A stretch of DNA of 64,000 bases from Candidatus Omnitrophota bacterium (GTDB lineage Bacteria; Omnitrophota; Gorgyraeia; Zapsychrales; JANLHA01). The stretch lies in contig JBBRHV010000004.1 in the NCBI GenBank assembly GCA_038222225.1, positions 6,778 to 70,777 on the forward strand, written 5' to 3'. A program made the translations under genes and the position numbers. Shown here piece after piece: positions 56,516 to 64,000 of the stretch; positions within the stretch are counted from its first letter, which is position 1; each line of letters starts with the position of its first letter. The notes beneath the pieces are model-generated. The model was not told the origin of the DNA. It worked only from the letters and a program-made list of their open reading frames with translations, and did not search any database.

Positions 56516-57667
56516 TTATTCCTTATCGGCCCCTGCATCATTCAGGATCAAATTTGCAATATCTAAAGCCGAATGCGGATGCGCATTTTCAAAGGCCGCC
56601 TTACTCATTTCACTCAAGCGCTCGGGAGACCTTAACAGTAGCTCAATCTCTTCGCCGATATCTGAATTCTTGTCAATCCGTATGGCGATATTTTTCTTTA
56701 AAAGATAGTCTGTGTTCCGCATCTCCTGCCCAGGCAACGGGTTTACGATGACCATTGGAAGACCTTTGGCTAAAGACTCGCTAGTCGTCATCCCTCCCGG
56801 CTTTGTAACAATGAGCGTTGAGACCTCCATGAGCTCGTCAACATTATTCGCATATTCATAGAAGATAACCTTCTTATTATATTTGTTCTTCTTGTGCGCC
56901 TTATTATCCAGCCACTTGCACAGCTTCTTATTCACGCCGGTTAAAACAATCATCTGCATCGGCATTTCGATTTTCATCAGGGATTTGACAACGCTCTTAA
57001 TAGGACCCAGCCCTTGCCCTCCCCCCATAATCAAAATGGTCGGAATCGTTAAATCCAGGCCCAACTGTTCAGCAATCGGCTTCTTGTCCAGCTGAATAGA
57101 AAATTTTTCTTTAATGGGAATGCCGTAAATCTTGATGCTGTCGGCGGCCACCCCTTTGGCGATAAAACGTTCTTTCGCCTCGGCAGATGGAACAATATAA
57201 TAATCCATCCCTTCATTGATCCAATACGAGTGCGGCGCATAATCGGTCAAGACGCCCACCACTTTAAAATCCAGTCCCTTAGCCAGTTTGTAGGCAGCCA
57301 CCATCCCGCATGGAAAGGCCTGCGTACAGATAACCACATCCGGCTTGTGGCGGCTAAACAAACGGTCCAGCTTAGTATGGCTGGTTTTATGTAAAAATTT
57401 CTTTATCGAAGCGGATTTTTTAACGATCTTTGGATTGTCATACAAATAATCCCAGACCTTTGGCGTTGTCTTGATCACGCTCATATAAGCGCCATTAACA
57501 ACTCTTTCGAGACGAGGATATGTATAACCAAACCCATTAATCGTCGGTGTTTCAACATTCGGATCCAGCTGCTTTAACGCCTTCTGAATGGCCATCGTCG
57601 CCTGGCGATGCCCGGAGACTTTCGTGATATACATCAACAAAACCCGCTTACTTCGATGAACGCTCAT
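56516..57667 (-). CDS. MGDG-synthase/UgtP-like glycosyltransferase (GT28)
   Basis: Motifs SGH, TDYAPH..W, GIPI, MGGGQGLG, TKPGGMT.SE and PGQE..N. Confidence 0.9.
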   Translation of the reverse strand: MSVHRSKRVLLMYITKVSGHRQATMAIQKALKQLDPNVETPTINGFGYTYPRLERVVNGAYMSVIKTTPKVWDYLYDNPKIVKKSASIKKFLHKTSHTKLDRLFSRHKPDVVICTQAFPCGMVAAYKLAKGLDFKVVGVLTDYAPHSYWINEGMDYYIVPSAEAKERFIAKGVAADSIKIYGIPIKEKFSIQLDKKPIAEQLGLDLTIPTILIMGGGQGLGPIKSVVKSLMKIEMPMQMIVLTGVNKKLCKWLDNKAHKKNKYNKKVIFYEYANNVDELMEVSTLIVTKPGGMTTSESLAKGLPMVIVNPLPGQEMRNTDYLLKKNIAIRIDKNSDIGEEIELLLRSPERLSEMSKAAFENAHPHSALDIANLILNDAGADKE

Positions 57668-57680
57668 TTTAATGCCTTTG

Positions 57681-57920
57681 TTATGGTTCGATCCGCGCCA
57701 GTACAGAGCCGATCTGCACCGTCACGCCCGGATCAACACAAATTTCTTTGATGATCCCCGCTGCCGGTGAAGGGATATTAAAGCTCGCCTTATCCGTCAC
57801 AACCTCAACAATATCATCATCCTGTTCAACCTTGTCACCAATGCTCATGTGCCAACAGGCAACCGTTGCCTCCCCGATCCCCTCTCCCAATTCAGGTAAA
57901 ATAATATCACTCACTAGCAC
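57681..57920 (-). CDS. Stand-alone lipoyl-domain protein
   Basis: LPELGEGI.EATV..W...GD.V...EVVTDKA...PSP; 79 aa, E2-type lipoyl domain only. Confidence 0.9.
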   Translation of the reverse strand: MLVSDIILPELGEGIGEATVACWHMSIGDKVEQDDDIVEVVTDKASFNIPSPAAGIIKEICVDPGVTVQIGSVLARIEP

Positions 57921-57925
57921 TCCTC

Positions 57926-58555
57926 TTAAATTCCGCAGCTTTGAAAATGATCTAAAAAAATATTCCCTAGTATTTCTTTTGACTGGGCCATATCAACCTC
58001 CCGGCCCAAGCACTGCTCAACGGACGTCACTCCTTCCTCCAACCCGCAAGGCCGGATCAAGGAAAACAGGCCCAAATCTGTTCTGACGTTCACTCCAATC
58101 CCGTGATAGGCCACCCATTTACGCACACCGACTCCAATTGCAATCAGTTTGCAATTTTTTACCCAAACACCGGTTTTACCTGAAACTCTTACAGCCACTA
58201 TATCAAATCTCTGCAGGAAATCAATCCCAACCTGCTCTAATTGGAACAAATATTTGTGCAAATCCTTGCCTCTTCGTCCCAAATCCAGGATCGGATAAGC
58301 CACCAACTGACCTGGCGCATGGAGGGTCACATCACCGCCGCGGTCCGTCTCCACAACTTCAATTCCCTTTTTCTCAAAATCGTCAACCGAAGCCAAAAGA
58401 TTTGCCCTGGACGCTGAACGTCCCAAGGTCAAAACAGGCGAGTGTTCACATAAGAAGATCCGTTCTTCCCCCCCCTGAAGCACTTCAAAAACAGCCTGCT
58501 TTTGTTTCTGGCAAGCATGGCCATACTGTATCAATCCAAGATCTTCAACATACAT
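57926..58555 (-). CDS. lipB: Octanoyltransferase
   Basis: Motifs EHSPVLTLGR, DRGGDVTLHAPGQLVAYP, HGIGVNV and IRPCG. Confidence 0.95.
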   Translation of the reverse strand: MYVEDLGLIQYGHACQKQKQAVFEVLQGGEERIFLCEHSPVLTLGRSASRANLLASVDDFEKKGIEVVETDRGGDVTLHAPGQLVAYPILDLGRRGKDLHKYLFQLEQVGIDFLQRFDIVAVRVSGKTGVWVKNCKLIAIGVGVRKWVAYHGIGVNVRTDLGLFSLIRPCGLEEGVTSVEQCLGREVDMAQSKEILGNIFLDHFQSCGI

Positions 58556-58634
58556 ATGCGCTATTCCCAAAAAATCCTCAGCATTGAATGCGATCAATCA
58601 ACTAATACGCGCTATCCAACACTGAGGAATGATA

Positions 58635-59717
58635 TTATGACAACCGTGCGATAATGGCTGCTGCCATCTCCTGCGTCCCTACAGCGGTTGGATCATTGCG
58701 ATCGGGTTTCAGATCATAGGTCACATCCTTGCCGTCCCTCAAGACTTCAGAAACGGCGTTCTCCAGACGGTCCGCGGCCTGCGTTTCCCCGAGGTGACGA
58801 AGCATTAACACCCCGGAAAGGATAGTTGCCGTCGGATTGACCTTGTTTTGACCGGCATACTTTGGTGCAGAACCGTGGACAGGCTCGAACAACGCAATAT
58901 CATCGCCGATATTCGCACCGGGGGCGATCCCCAGCCCTCCGACCATGCCTGCGCACAAATCGGAAACAATATCCCCGTAAAGATTCGTCAGCGCCAGCAC
59001 ATCGTAAAGCTGCGGATTCTGAACAAGCTGCATGCACATATTATCGACAATAACATCCTGGAACTCAATCTTGCCCTTATATTCTTCAGCGACTTCCTGA
59101 GCTGTCCGGAGAAACAGCCCGTCGGTAAACTTCATGATATTGGCCTTATGGACCGCGGTCACTTTACGACGGTTGTTCTTGACGGCATACTCAAAAGCGG
59201 CTTTAACGATCCGACGCGAGCAAAATGCTGAAATCGGCTTAATGGAGATGGCGGAATTCTCCCGGATTTTTTTGACCGAAAGCGCGTTGATCTCCTTGGC
59301 GATCTTTGCGCACGCTTCGGTGCCACGCTCGAATTCGATACCGGCGTAAAGATCCTCGGTATTCTCACGAAAAATAACGACATCCAATTTTTTGCTGACG
59401 GCCTTCGTTCCTTCATAATATTTTACCGGACGCACACAGGCATACAGATCCAACGCTTGACGCAACGCCACATTCACGGAACGAAAACCCTTGCCGATGG
59501 GTGTCGCAATAGGACCTTTGATCGCAATTTTATTTTTCCGAACGGATTCCAAAACATGATCCGGCAGCGGGGTATTGAATTCTTTGATCGCAGCTTCCCC
59601 AACAACATATTCATCCCAATCAATCTTAACACCGGTCGCATCAACACATTTCTTCATTGCCATGGCCACTTCCGGACCGATGCCGTCACCCGGCAAAAGG
59701 GTTACTCTATATGACAT
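58635..59717 (-). CDS. Isocitrate/isopropylmalate dehydrogenase family (probably isocitrate dehydrogenase)
   Basis: Motifs [47 protein letters not shown] and HGSAPKYAG. Confidence 0.9.
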   Translation of the reverse strand: MSYRVTLLPGDGIGPEVAMAMKKCVDATGVKIDWDEYVVGEAAIKEFNTPLPDHVLESVRKNKIAIKGPIATPIGKGFRSVNVALRQALDLYACVRPVKYYEGTKAVSKKLDVVIFRENTEDLYAGIEFERGTEACAKIAKEINALSVKKIRENSAISIKPISAFCSRRIVKAAFEYAVKNNRRKVTAVHKANIMKFTDGLFLRTAQEVAEEYKGKIEFQDVIVDNMCMQLVQNPQLYDVLALTNLYGDIVSDLCAGMVGGLGIAPGANIGDDIALFEPVHGSAPKYAGQNKVNPTATILSGVLMLRHLGETQAADRLENAVSEVLRDGKDVTYDLKPDRNDPTAVGTQEMAAAIIARLS

Positions 59718-59734
59718 AAACAGCTCCTCTTATT

Positions 59735-60787
59735 TTATCGGAATAACCTTCGAAACTCCTCGACATTCTTGACATGCGGTATCGCGTCCTCATACTTCAC
59801 CGCACCACTTTGGCATAATTCCTGCAGACATTTATCCAGCGTATGCATCCCATACGCGCTTCCGGTCTGAATCGCTGTCGGAAGTTGTTCAACGGCCTGT
59901 TCCCTGATCAGATTACGAACACCCGAAGTCGCGATCATGATCTCCGTTGCCAGGATTCGCCCGTCTCCTTCAGCCCTCGGTAAAAGAACTTGCGACAAAA
60001 CACCCTGCAGCGCGGCTGCCAACTGCAAACGCACTTGACTTTGCTGATGCGCCGGAAACACATCAATAATACGCTCAACCGTTTGAGGGGCGTCTGGCGT
60101 GTGCAGGGTCGCTAGAACCAAATGCCCGGTTTCGGCCGCCGTCAATGCCGTTGAAATCGTTTCTAAATCCCGCATCTCTCCGACGACAATAATGTCCGGG
60201 TCCTGCCGCAAGCATCGCTTAAGGGCTTCGGAAAAAGAATGCGTATCGCTGTAAACTTCCCGCTGTTTAATGATCGATTTCTTATTGAAATGGACATACT
60301 CGATCGGATCCTCGATCATAATGATCAGCGCTTTCCGCTCTTCATTGATCAAATTAATCATCGAGGCCAATGTTGTGGTTTTCCCTGTGCCCGTAGGACC
60401 GGTCACAAGAACCAGTCCGTTCTTTTTTCTTGCTAAATCAGCGACGATCGGAGGCAGCCCCAGTTCTTCCATATTCGGAATAAACAAAGGGATCCGTCGG
60501 AAAGCAGCTTCCACCGAGCCTCTCTGAATATGAACATTGACGCGGTAACGGTCCATCCCCGATAATGCGAGCGAAAAATCAAGTTCACGGTCTTCTTCAA
60601 ATTTTTCCTTCTGCCGGTCGGTCAGAATTCCGTAAATGACTTTTTTAAGCTGATCTTTGGTCAAAACTTCTTTATCCGTAACCCTTAATTCTCCATCAAT
60701 GCGCAAGATCGGCGGACTATCAAATGTCAAATGCAAATCAGAAGCCTTATTTTCATTGGCCAGCATAAGCAATTCTCTCAAATCCAT
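59735..60787 (-). CDS. pilT: Type IV pilus retraction ATPase PilT
   Basis: Motifs ASDLHL, GPTGTGKTTTL, IEDPIE, QRE, GEMRD, AETGHLV.ATLH and VRNLIRE. Confidence 0.93.
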   Translation of the reverse strand: MDLRELLMLANENKASDLHLTFDSPPILRIDGELRVTDKEVLTKDQLKKVIYGILTDRQKEKFEEDRELDFSLALSGMDRYRVNVHIQRGSVEAAFRRIPLFIPNMEELGLPPIVADLARKKNGLVLVTGPTGTGKTTTLASMINLINEERKALIIMIEDPIEYVHFNKKSIIKQREVYSDTHSFSEALKRCLRQDPDIIVVGEMRDLETISTALTAAETGHLVLATLHTPDAPQTVERIIDVFPAHQQSQVRLQLAAALQGVLSQVLLPRAEGDGRILATEIMIATSGVRNLIREQAVEQLPTAIQTGSAYGMHTLDKCLQELCQSGAVKYEDAIPHVKNVEEFRRLFR

Positions 60788-60881
60788 AGCACCACTCCTT
60801 CTCTAAGGTATGTGAAATATGCCCTCAGTGTAACACGGAAAAAGAATTTGGTCTAGTCTCGAAGCGCCCGAAAATACCAGG

Positions 60882-62045
60882 CTATTTGGAGTTGGAAATC
60901 CACTGCGCAATACGTCTGACACCTTCTTGAATACGCTCCGTTGATGTCGCAAAGCTCAATCTGGCGAACCCCGGAGCGCCGAACCCGTCACCGGGAATAA
61001 ACGCGACTTTAGCATCATCTAAGATTGCCTTCGCCACTTCCATGGAATCACCAAGCTTTGAAATATCACAGAAAAGGTAAAACGCCCCTTGCGGGTGGAT
61101 GTAGGACATCTCAGGTATGCCATCGATTAAGGACATCAAAAGATCCCGGCGACGTTTGAATTCATCGACCATCGCCTGAATCTCGGCCTCCGGCATCTTT
61201 AAAGCGGCTTCCGCCGCAGCCTGACTAATGGATGTAGGATTAGATGTGGAATGATCTTGAAACTTTTTCATGTGCTCCATGACCTCTTGCGGGCCGGCGG
61301 CATAACCGATACGCCAACCGGTCATCGAATAAGTTTTGGAAACACCATTGATCGTGATGGTCTTAGCATAGATCGCCGGACTTAATGCGGCGACTGAAGC
61401 ATACTCCGGGATGTCATAAATAAGCTTTTCATAAATCTCATCGCTGATGATCCAGATGTCCTGCTCGACACAGATCTCGGCAAGGGCACGAAGCTCTTCT
61501 TTTGAATAAACAACACCCGTTGGATTGGAAGGGGAATTTAAAATAAATATACGCGTCTTCTTGGTGATGGCCTTTCTAAGCATGCCCGGTGTCACCTTTA
61601 GACCCGTTTTTGAAGTTGTTTCAATAAACACGGGAGTCGCGCCGGCGAGCTTGACCATCTCCGGATAACTGACCCAATACGGGGCCGGAATGAGAACCTC
61701 GTCGCCGTCATCCGCCAAAACTTGAATCACCGAAAAAATAGAATGCTTTGCCCCGCAGGACACAACAATCTGAGACGGTGTATAATCTAATCCGTTATCC
61801 CGTTTGAATTTCTTAGCGATCTCTTGACGCAATGAAAGAGTTCCAACGCTTGGAGTATACTTTGTTAAACCATCGTGAATCGCTTGAATCGCCGCCTGTT
61901 TAATAACCGCCGGCGTATCAAAATCCGGCTCTCCCGCGCCGAAGTTAACAACATCATGCCCTTGAACACGAAGTTCCTTCGCACGCGCTGTGATAGCTAA
62001 CGTCGATGATGCCACAAGACCAGCAATTCGTCGATTTACCTTCAA
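60882..62045 (-). CDS. PLP-dependent aminotransferase class I (aspartate aminotransferase-like)
   Basis: Motifs GEPDFDTP, PYWVSY, NSPSNPTG, SDEIY and SKTYSMTGWRIG. Confidence 0.95.
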   Translation of the reverse strand: MKVNRRIAGLVASSTLAITARAKELRVQGHDVVNFGAGEPDFDTPAVIKQAAIQAIHDGLTKYTPSVGTLSLRQEIAKKFKRDNGLDYTPSQIVVSCGAKHSIFSVIQVLADDGDEVLIPAPYWVSYPEMVKLAGATPVFIETTSKTGLKVTPGMLRKAITKKTRIFILNSPSNPTGVVYSKEELRALAEICVEQDIWIISDEIYEKLIYDIPEYASVAALSPAIYAKTITINGVSKTYSMTGWRIGYAAGPQEVMEHMKKFQDHSTSNPTSISQAAAEAALKMPEAEIQAMVDEFKRRRDLLMSLIDGIPEMSYIHPQGAFYLFCDISKLGDSMEVAKAILDDAKVAFIPGDGFGAPGFARLSFATSTERIQEGVRRIAQWISNSK

Positions 62046-62071
62046 AGGTCCCCTCCAACAGATGGAAACTT

Positions 62072-62623
62072 TTATTGATCAGCTTTTTTCTTCCCGAAAA
62101 TACTCTTGATCCCCTTCTTAACAGGCTTCTTTTCCTTCTGCGGGGATTCTGCGGTCTTTGTCCCTGAATCAGCGACTTCCGAAACCTCTTCAGCTTTTGC
62201 AGCGTCGGCTTTTCTTGCTTTTTTCTGCGCCGCTTTTTTGGCTTTTGTCTCTTCCTGCAATGAATCGCGTTCGGTCAATTCCAAAAGCACCATCTTGGCA
62301 TTGTCGCCCCGACGTGTTGTGGCAAATTTTATAATCCGAGTATAGCCTCCGCTTCTGGATCCGAATCGTGGAGCGATTTTATCAAACAGATCGCTGACCA
62401 GCGCGTGATCGCACAAAATAGCAAATGCACGCCGTTTTTGCGCTAACGTCCCCTTCTTCCCCAATGTGATCAGCTGATCCACCATTTTGCGGGCCTCTTT
62501 GGCCTTGGCTTCGGTGGTCTTGATCCGTTTTTGAATCAGGGTTGCCTTGGCAATATCCCGAACAGTAGCTTTACGCAAGCTTGAATTCCGACTTAAACGA
62601 TTTCCTGCAATTCCATGTCTCAT
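62072..62623 (-). CDS. rplQ: 50S ribosomal protein L17 with long K/A/E-rich tail
   Basis: Motifs MRH, IKTTEAKAK, GGYTRI and RRGDNA. Confidence 0.97.
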   Translation of the reverse strand: MRHGIAGNRLSRNSSLRKATVRDIAKATLIQKRIKTTEAKAKEARKMVDQLITLGKKGTLAQKRRAFAILCDHALVSDLFDKIAPRFGSRSGGYTRIIKFATTRRGDNAKMVLLELTERDSLQEETKAKKAAQKKARKADAAKAEEVSEVADSGTKTAESPQKEKKPVKKGIKSIFGKKKADQ

Positions 62624-62654
62624 GACGATAACCTTTAACTTAAGTGGATAATTT

Positions 62655-63644
62655 CTATTTCCGCTTTAATTTTTTCTGGTCAATTTTCATTCCCAGAGTT
62701 AAACCCATCACTTTCAAAAGATCGTTGATTTCGGTCAATGATTTCTTGCCGAAATTCCGGAAATTTAAAAGTTCGCTTTCTTGATATTTTACAAGTTCTG
62801 CGATGGTCTGAATATTGGCTTCTTTTAAACAATTCGCGCTTCTCACAGACAGCTCGAGCTCGGAAATCGGCAAACGCAGTTTTTCATACATCGTCTCTTC
62901 TTCTGCCGAGATCTCTTCCTCTTCCTCTTCTTCTTCAGGAAGCTGTCCATAAGAAACAAACACATCTAAATGTCGCTGCAAAATATTGGCTCCATAAAGC
63001 AATGCTTCTTTAGGCTCAATGGCTCCATTGGTCCAGATCTCTAAAACCAATCTGTCGTAATCTGTGCGCTGTCCGACACGGGTGTCTTCAACAAAAAAAT
63101 TGACTTTTACAATCGGCGTAAAAATCGAATCAATCGCGATTGTCCCGATTGGGGCCTCAGGCAGCTTATTCTGGTCCGCCGGCACATAACCGCGTCCACG
63201 GGACACTTCCATCTCAACATGAAACGAAACATCCTGAGTGAGCGTGGCGATGTGATGATCCGGGTTAATAATTTCAATTGTCTCATCACAAATAATGTCT
63301 TTCGCCTTCACTTCGCCCTTTGTGTCTGCCTTAATATAAACCGTCTTGGGAACTTTCGAATGTGAACGCAAGACCACACCTTTGATATTTAAAATGATAT
63401 CCGTAAGGGCTTCCAAAACTCCGGGCATGGTCGAAAACTCATGCTGAATACCGTCGATCTTAATTGATGTAACCGAAGCGCCCTCAATAGAGGATAACAG
63501 AATGCGCCTGACTGAATTACCGAGAGTTACACCATAGCCCCGTTCAAATGGTTCTGCGATAAATTTTCCGTAATAACTTGTATAACTTGACTCATCGCAA
63601 TCCAGCCTTTTGGGCATTTGGAAATCGCGCCATTTGACTCCCAT
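62655..63644 (-). CDS. rpoA: RNA polymerase subunit alpha
   Basis: Motifs EPFERGYG.TLGNS.RR.LLSS, HEFS, ELSVRS.NCL and NFGKKSL. Confidence 0.99.
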   Translation of the reverse strand: MGVKWRDFQMPKRLDCDESSYTSYYGKFIAEPFERGYGVTLGNSVRRILLSSIEGASVTSIKIDGIQHEFSTMPGVLEALTDIILNIKGVVLRSHSKVPKTVYIKADTKGEVKAKDIICDETIEIINPDHHIATLTQDVSFHVEMEVSRGRGYVPADQNKLPEAPIGTIAIDSIFTPIVKVNFFVEDTRVGQRTDYDRLVLEIWTNGAIEPKEALLYGANILQRHLDVFVSYGQLPEEEEEEEEISAEEETMYEKLRLPISELELSVRSANCLKEANIQTIAELVKYQESELLNFRNFGKKSLTEINDLLKVMGLTLGMKIDQKKLKRK

Positions 63645-63679
63645 AAGTTCCTCCTAATTGAATTAGTGTAAAAATACTC

Positions 63680-64000
63680 TTATTTCGAATAAAGCTCTAT
63701 GATCAGCTGCTCATTAATCGGAAACGCAATATCTTCCCGCTCTGGAAAGCGCAACACTTTCCCTTTTAAATGCTGAGGGTCTACGCTGACCCATGCCGGA
63801 ACAGCCTCCCGACCCTGAAACTGCGTGTTCATTTCGATGTTTGTTTGGATATATTTCTTAATATTCTCTTTTGGCTTTACAGAAACCTCATCGCCGACTT
63901 TAACCAGAAAGGATGGAATATCCACCCGTTTATCGTTCACGCAGACCAGACCATGATTCACGATCTGACGGGCCTGAGGACGTGTTGTCGCAAATCCCAA
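63680..64000 (-). CDS. rpsD: 30S ribosomal protein S4 (3' part; starts beyond the window)
   Basis: Motifs GFA.TR.QARQ.VNHG, VDIPSF.V..GD and IIELYSK; upstream of rpoA. Confidence 0.97.
   Translation of the reverse strand: MGFATTRPQARQIVNHGLVCVNDKRVDIPSFLVKVGDEVSVKPKENIKKYIQTNIEMNTQFQGREAVPAWVSVDPQHLKGKVLRFPEREDIAFPINEQLIIELYSK

Overview
This 64-kb window is gene-dense chromosomal DNA from an anaerobic diderm bacterium. The PVC-signature small basic protein at 19242-19502 suggests the PVC superphylum, plausibly Ca. Omnitrophota, which is an inference. About 70 CDSs are present, nearly all on the minus strand, plus one tRNA-Gly(CCC). I saw no transposase, integrase, CRISPR array or prophage. 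Housekeeping genes include dnaE (partial), guaA/guaB, groESL with a CIRCE box, coaX, uvrB, aroB/aroQ, thiE, heptose genes, pfk, accBC, efp, lipB, icd-family, pilT, rplQ, rpoA and rpsD (partial). Four accessory modules stand out. (1) The best candidate for an undescribed system is an [FeFe]-hydrogenase operon at 42841-52335. It runs: membrane histidine kinase, a receiver domain fused in-frame to the HydC/NuoE subunit, hydB, hydA, a second stand-alone receiver, hydF, hydG. It has a Rex-like operator and no DNA-binding response regulator, which suggests direct phosphorylation control of an electron-bifurcating hydrogenase. (2) A four-gene module at 4422-7691 encodes an isoprenyl-synthase-fold protein, a methyltransferase, a secreted CHASE/Cache-like protein and an SDR. 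(3) An ArsR-MMPL-LolA-like-beta-barrel-DUF302 envelope transport module lies at 36480-42183. (4) c-di-GMP parts (two PilZ proteins and a catalytically degenerate HD-GYP) and a glycolipid-type GT/acyltransferase cluster are also present. All calls come from motif reading only; no database searches were run.
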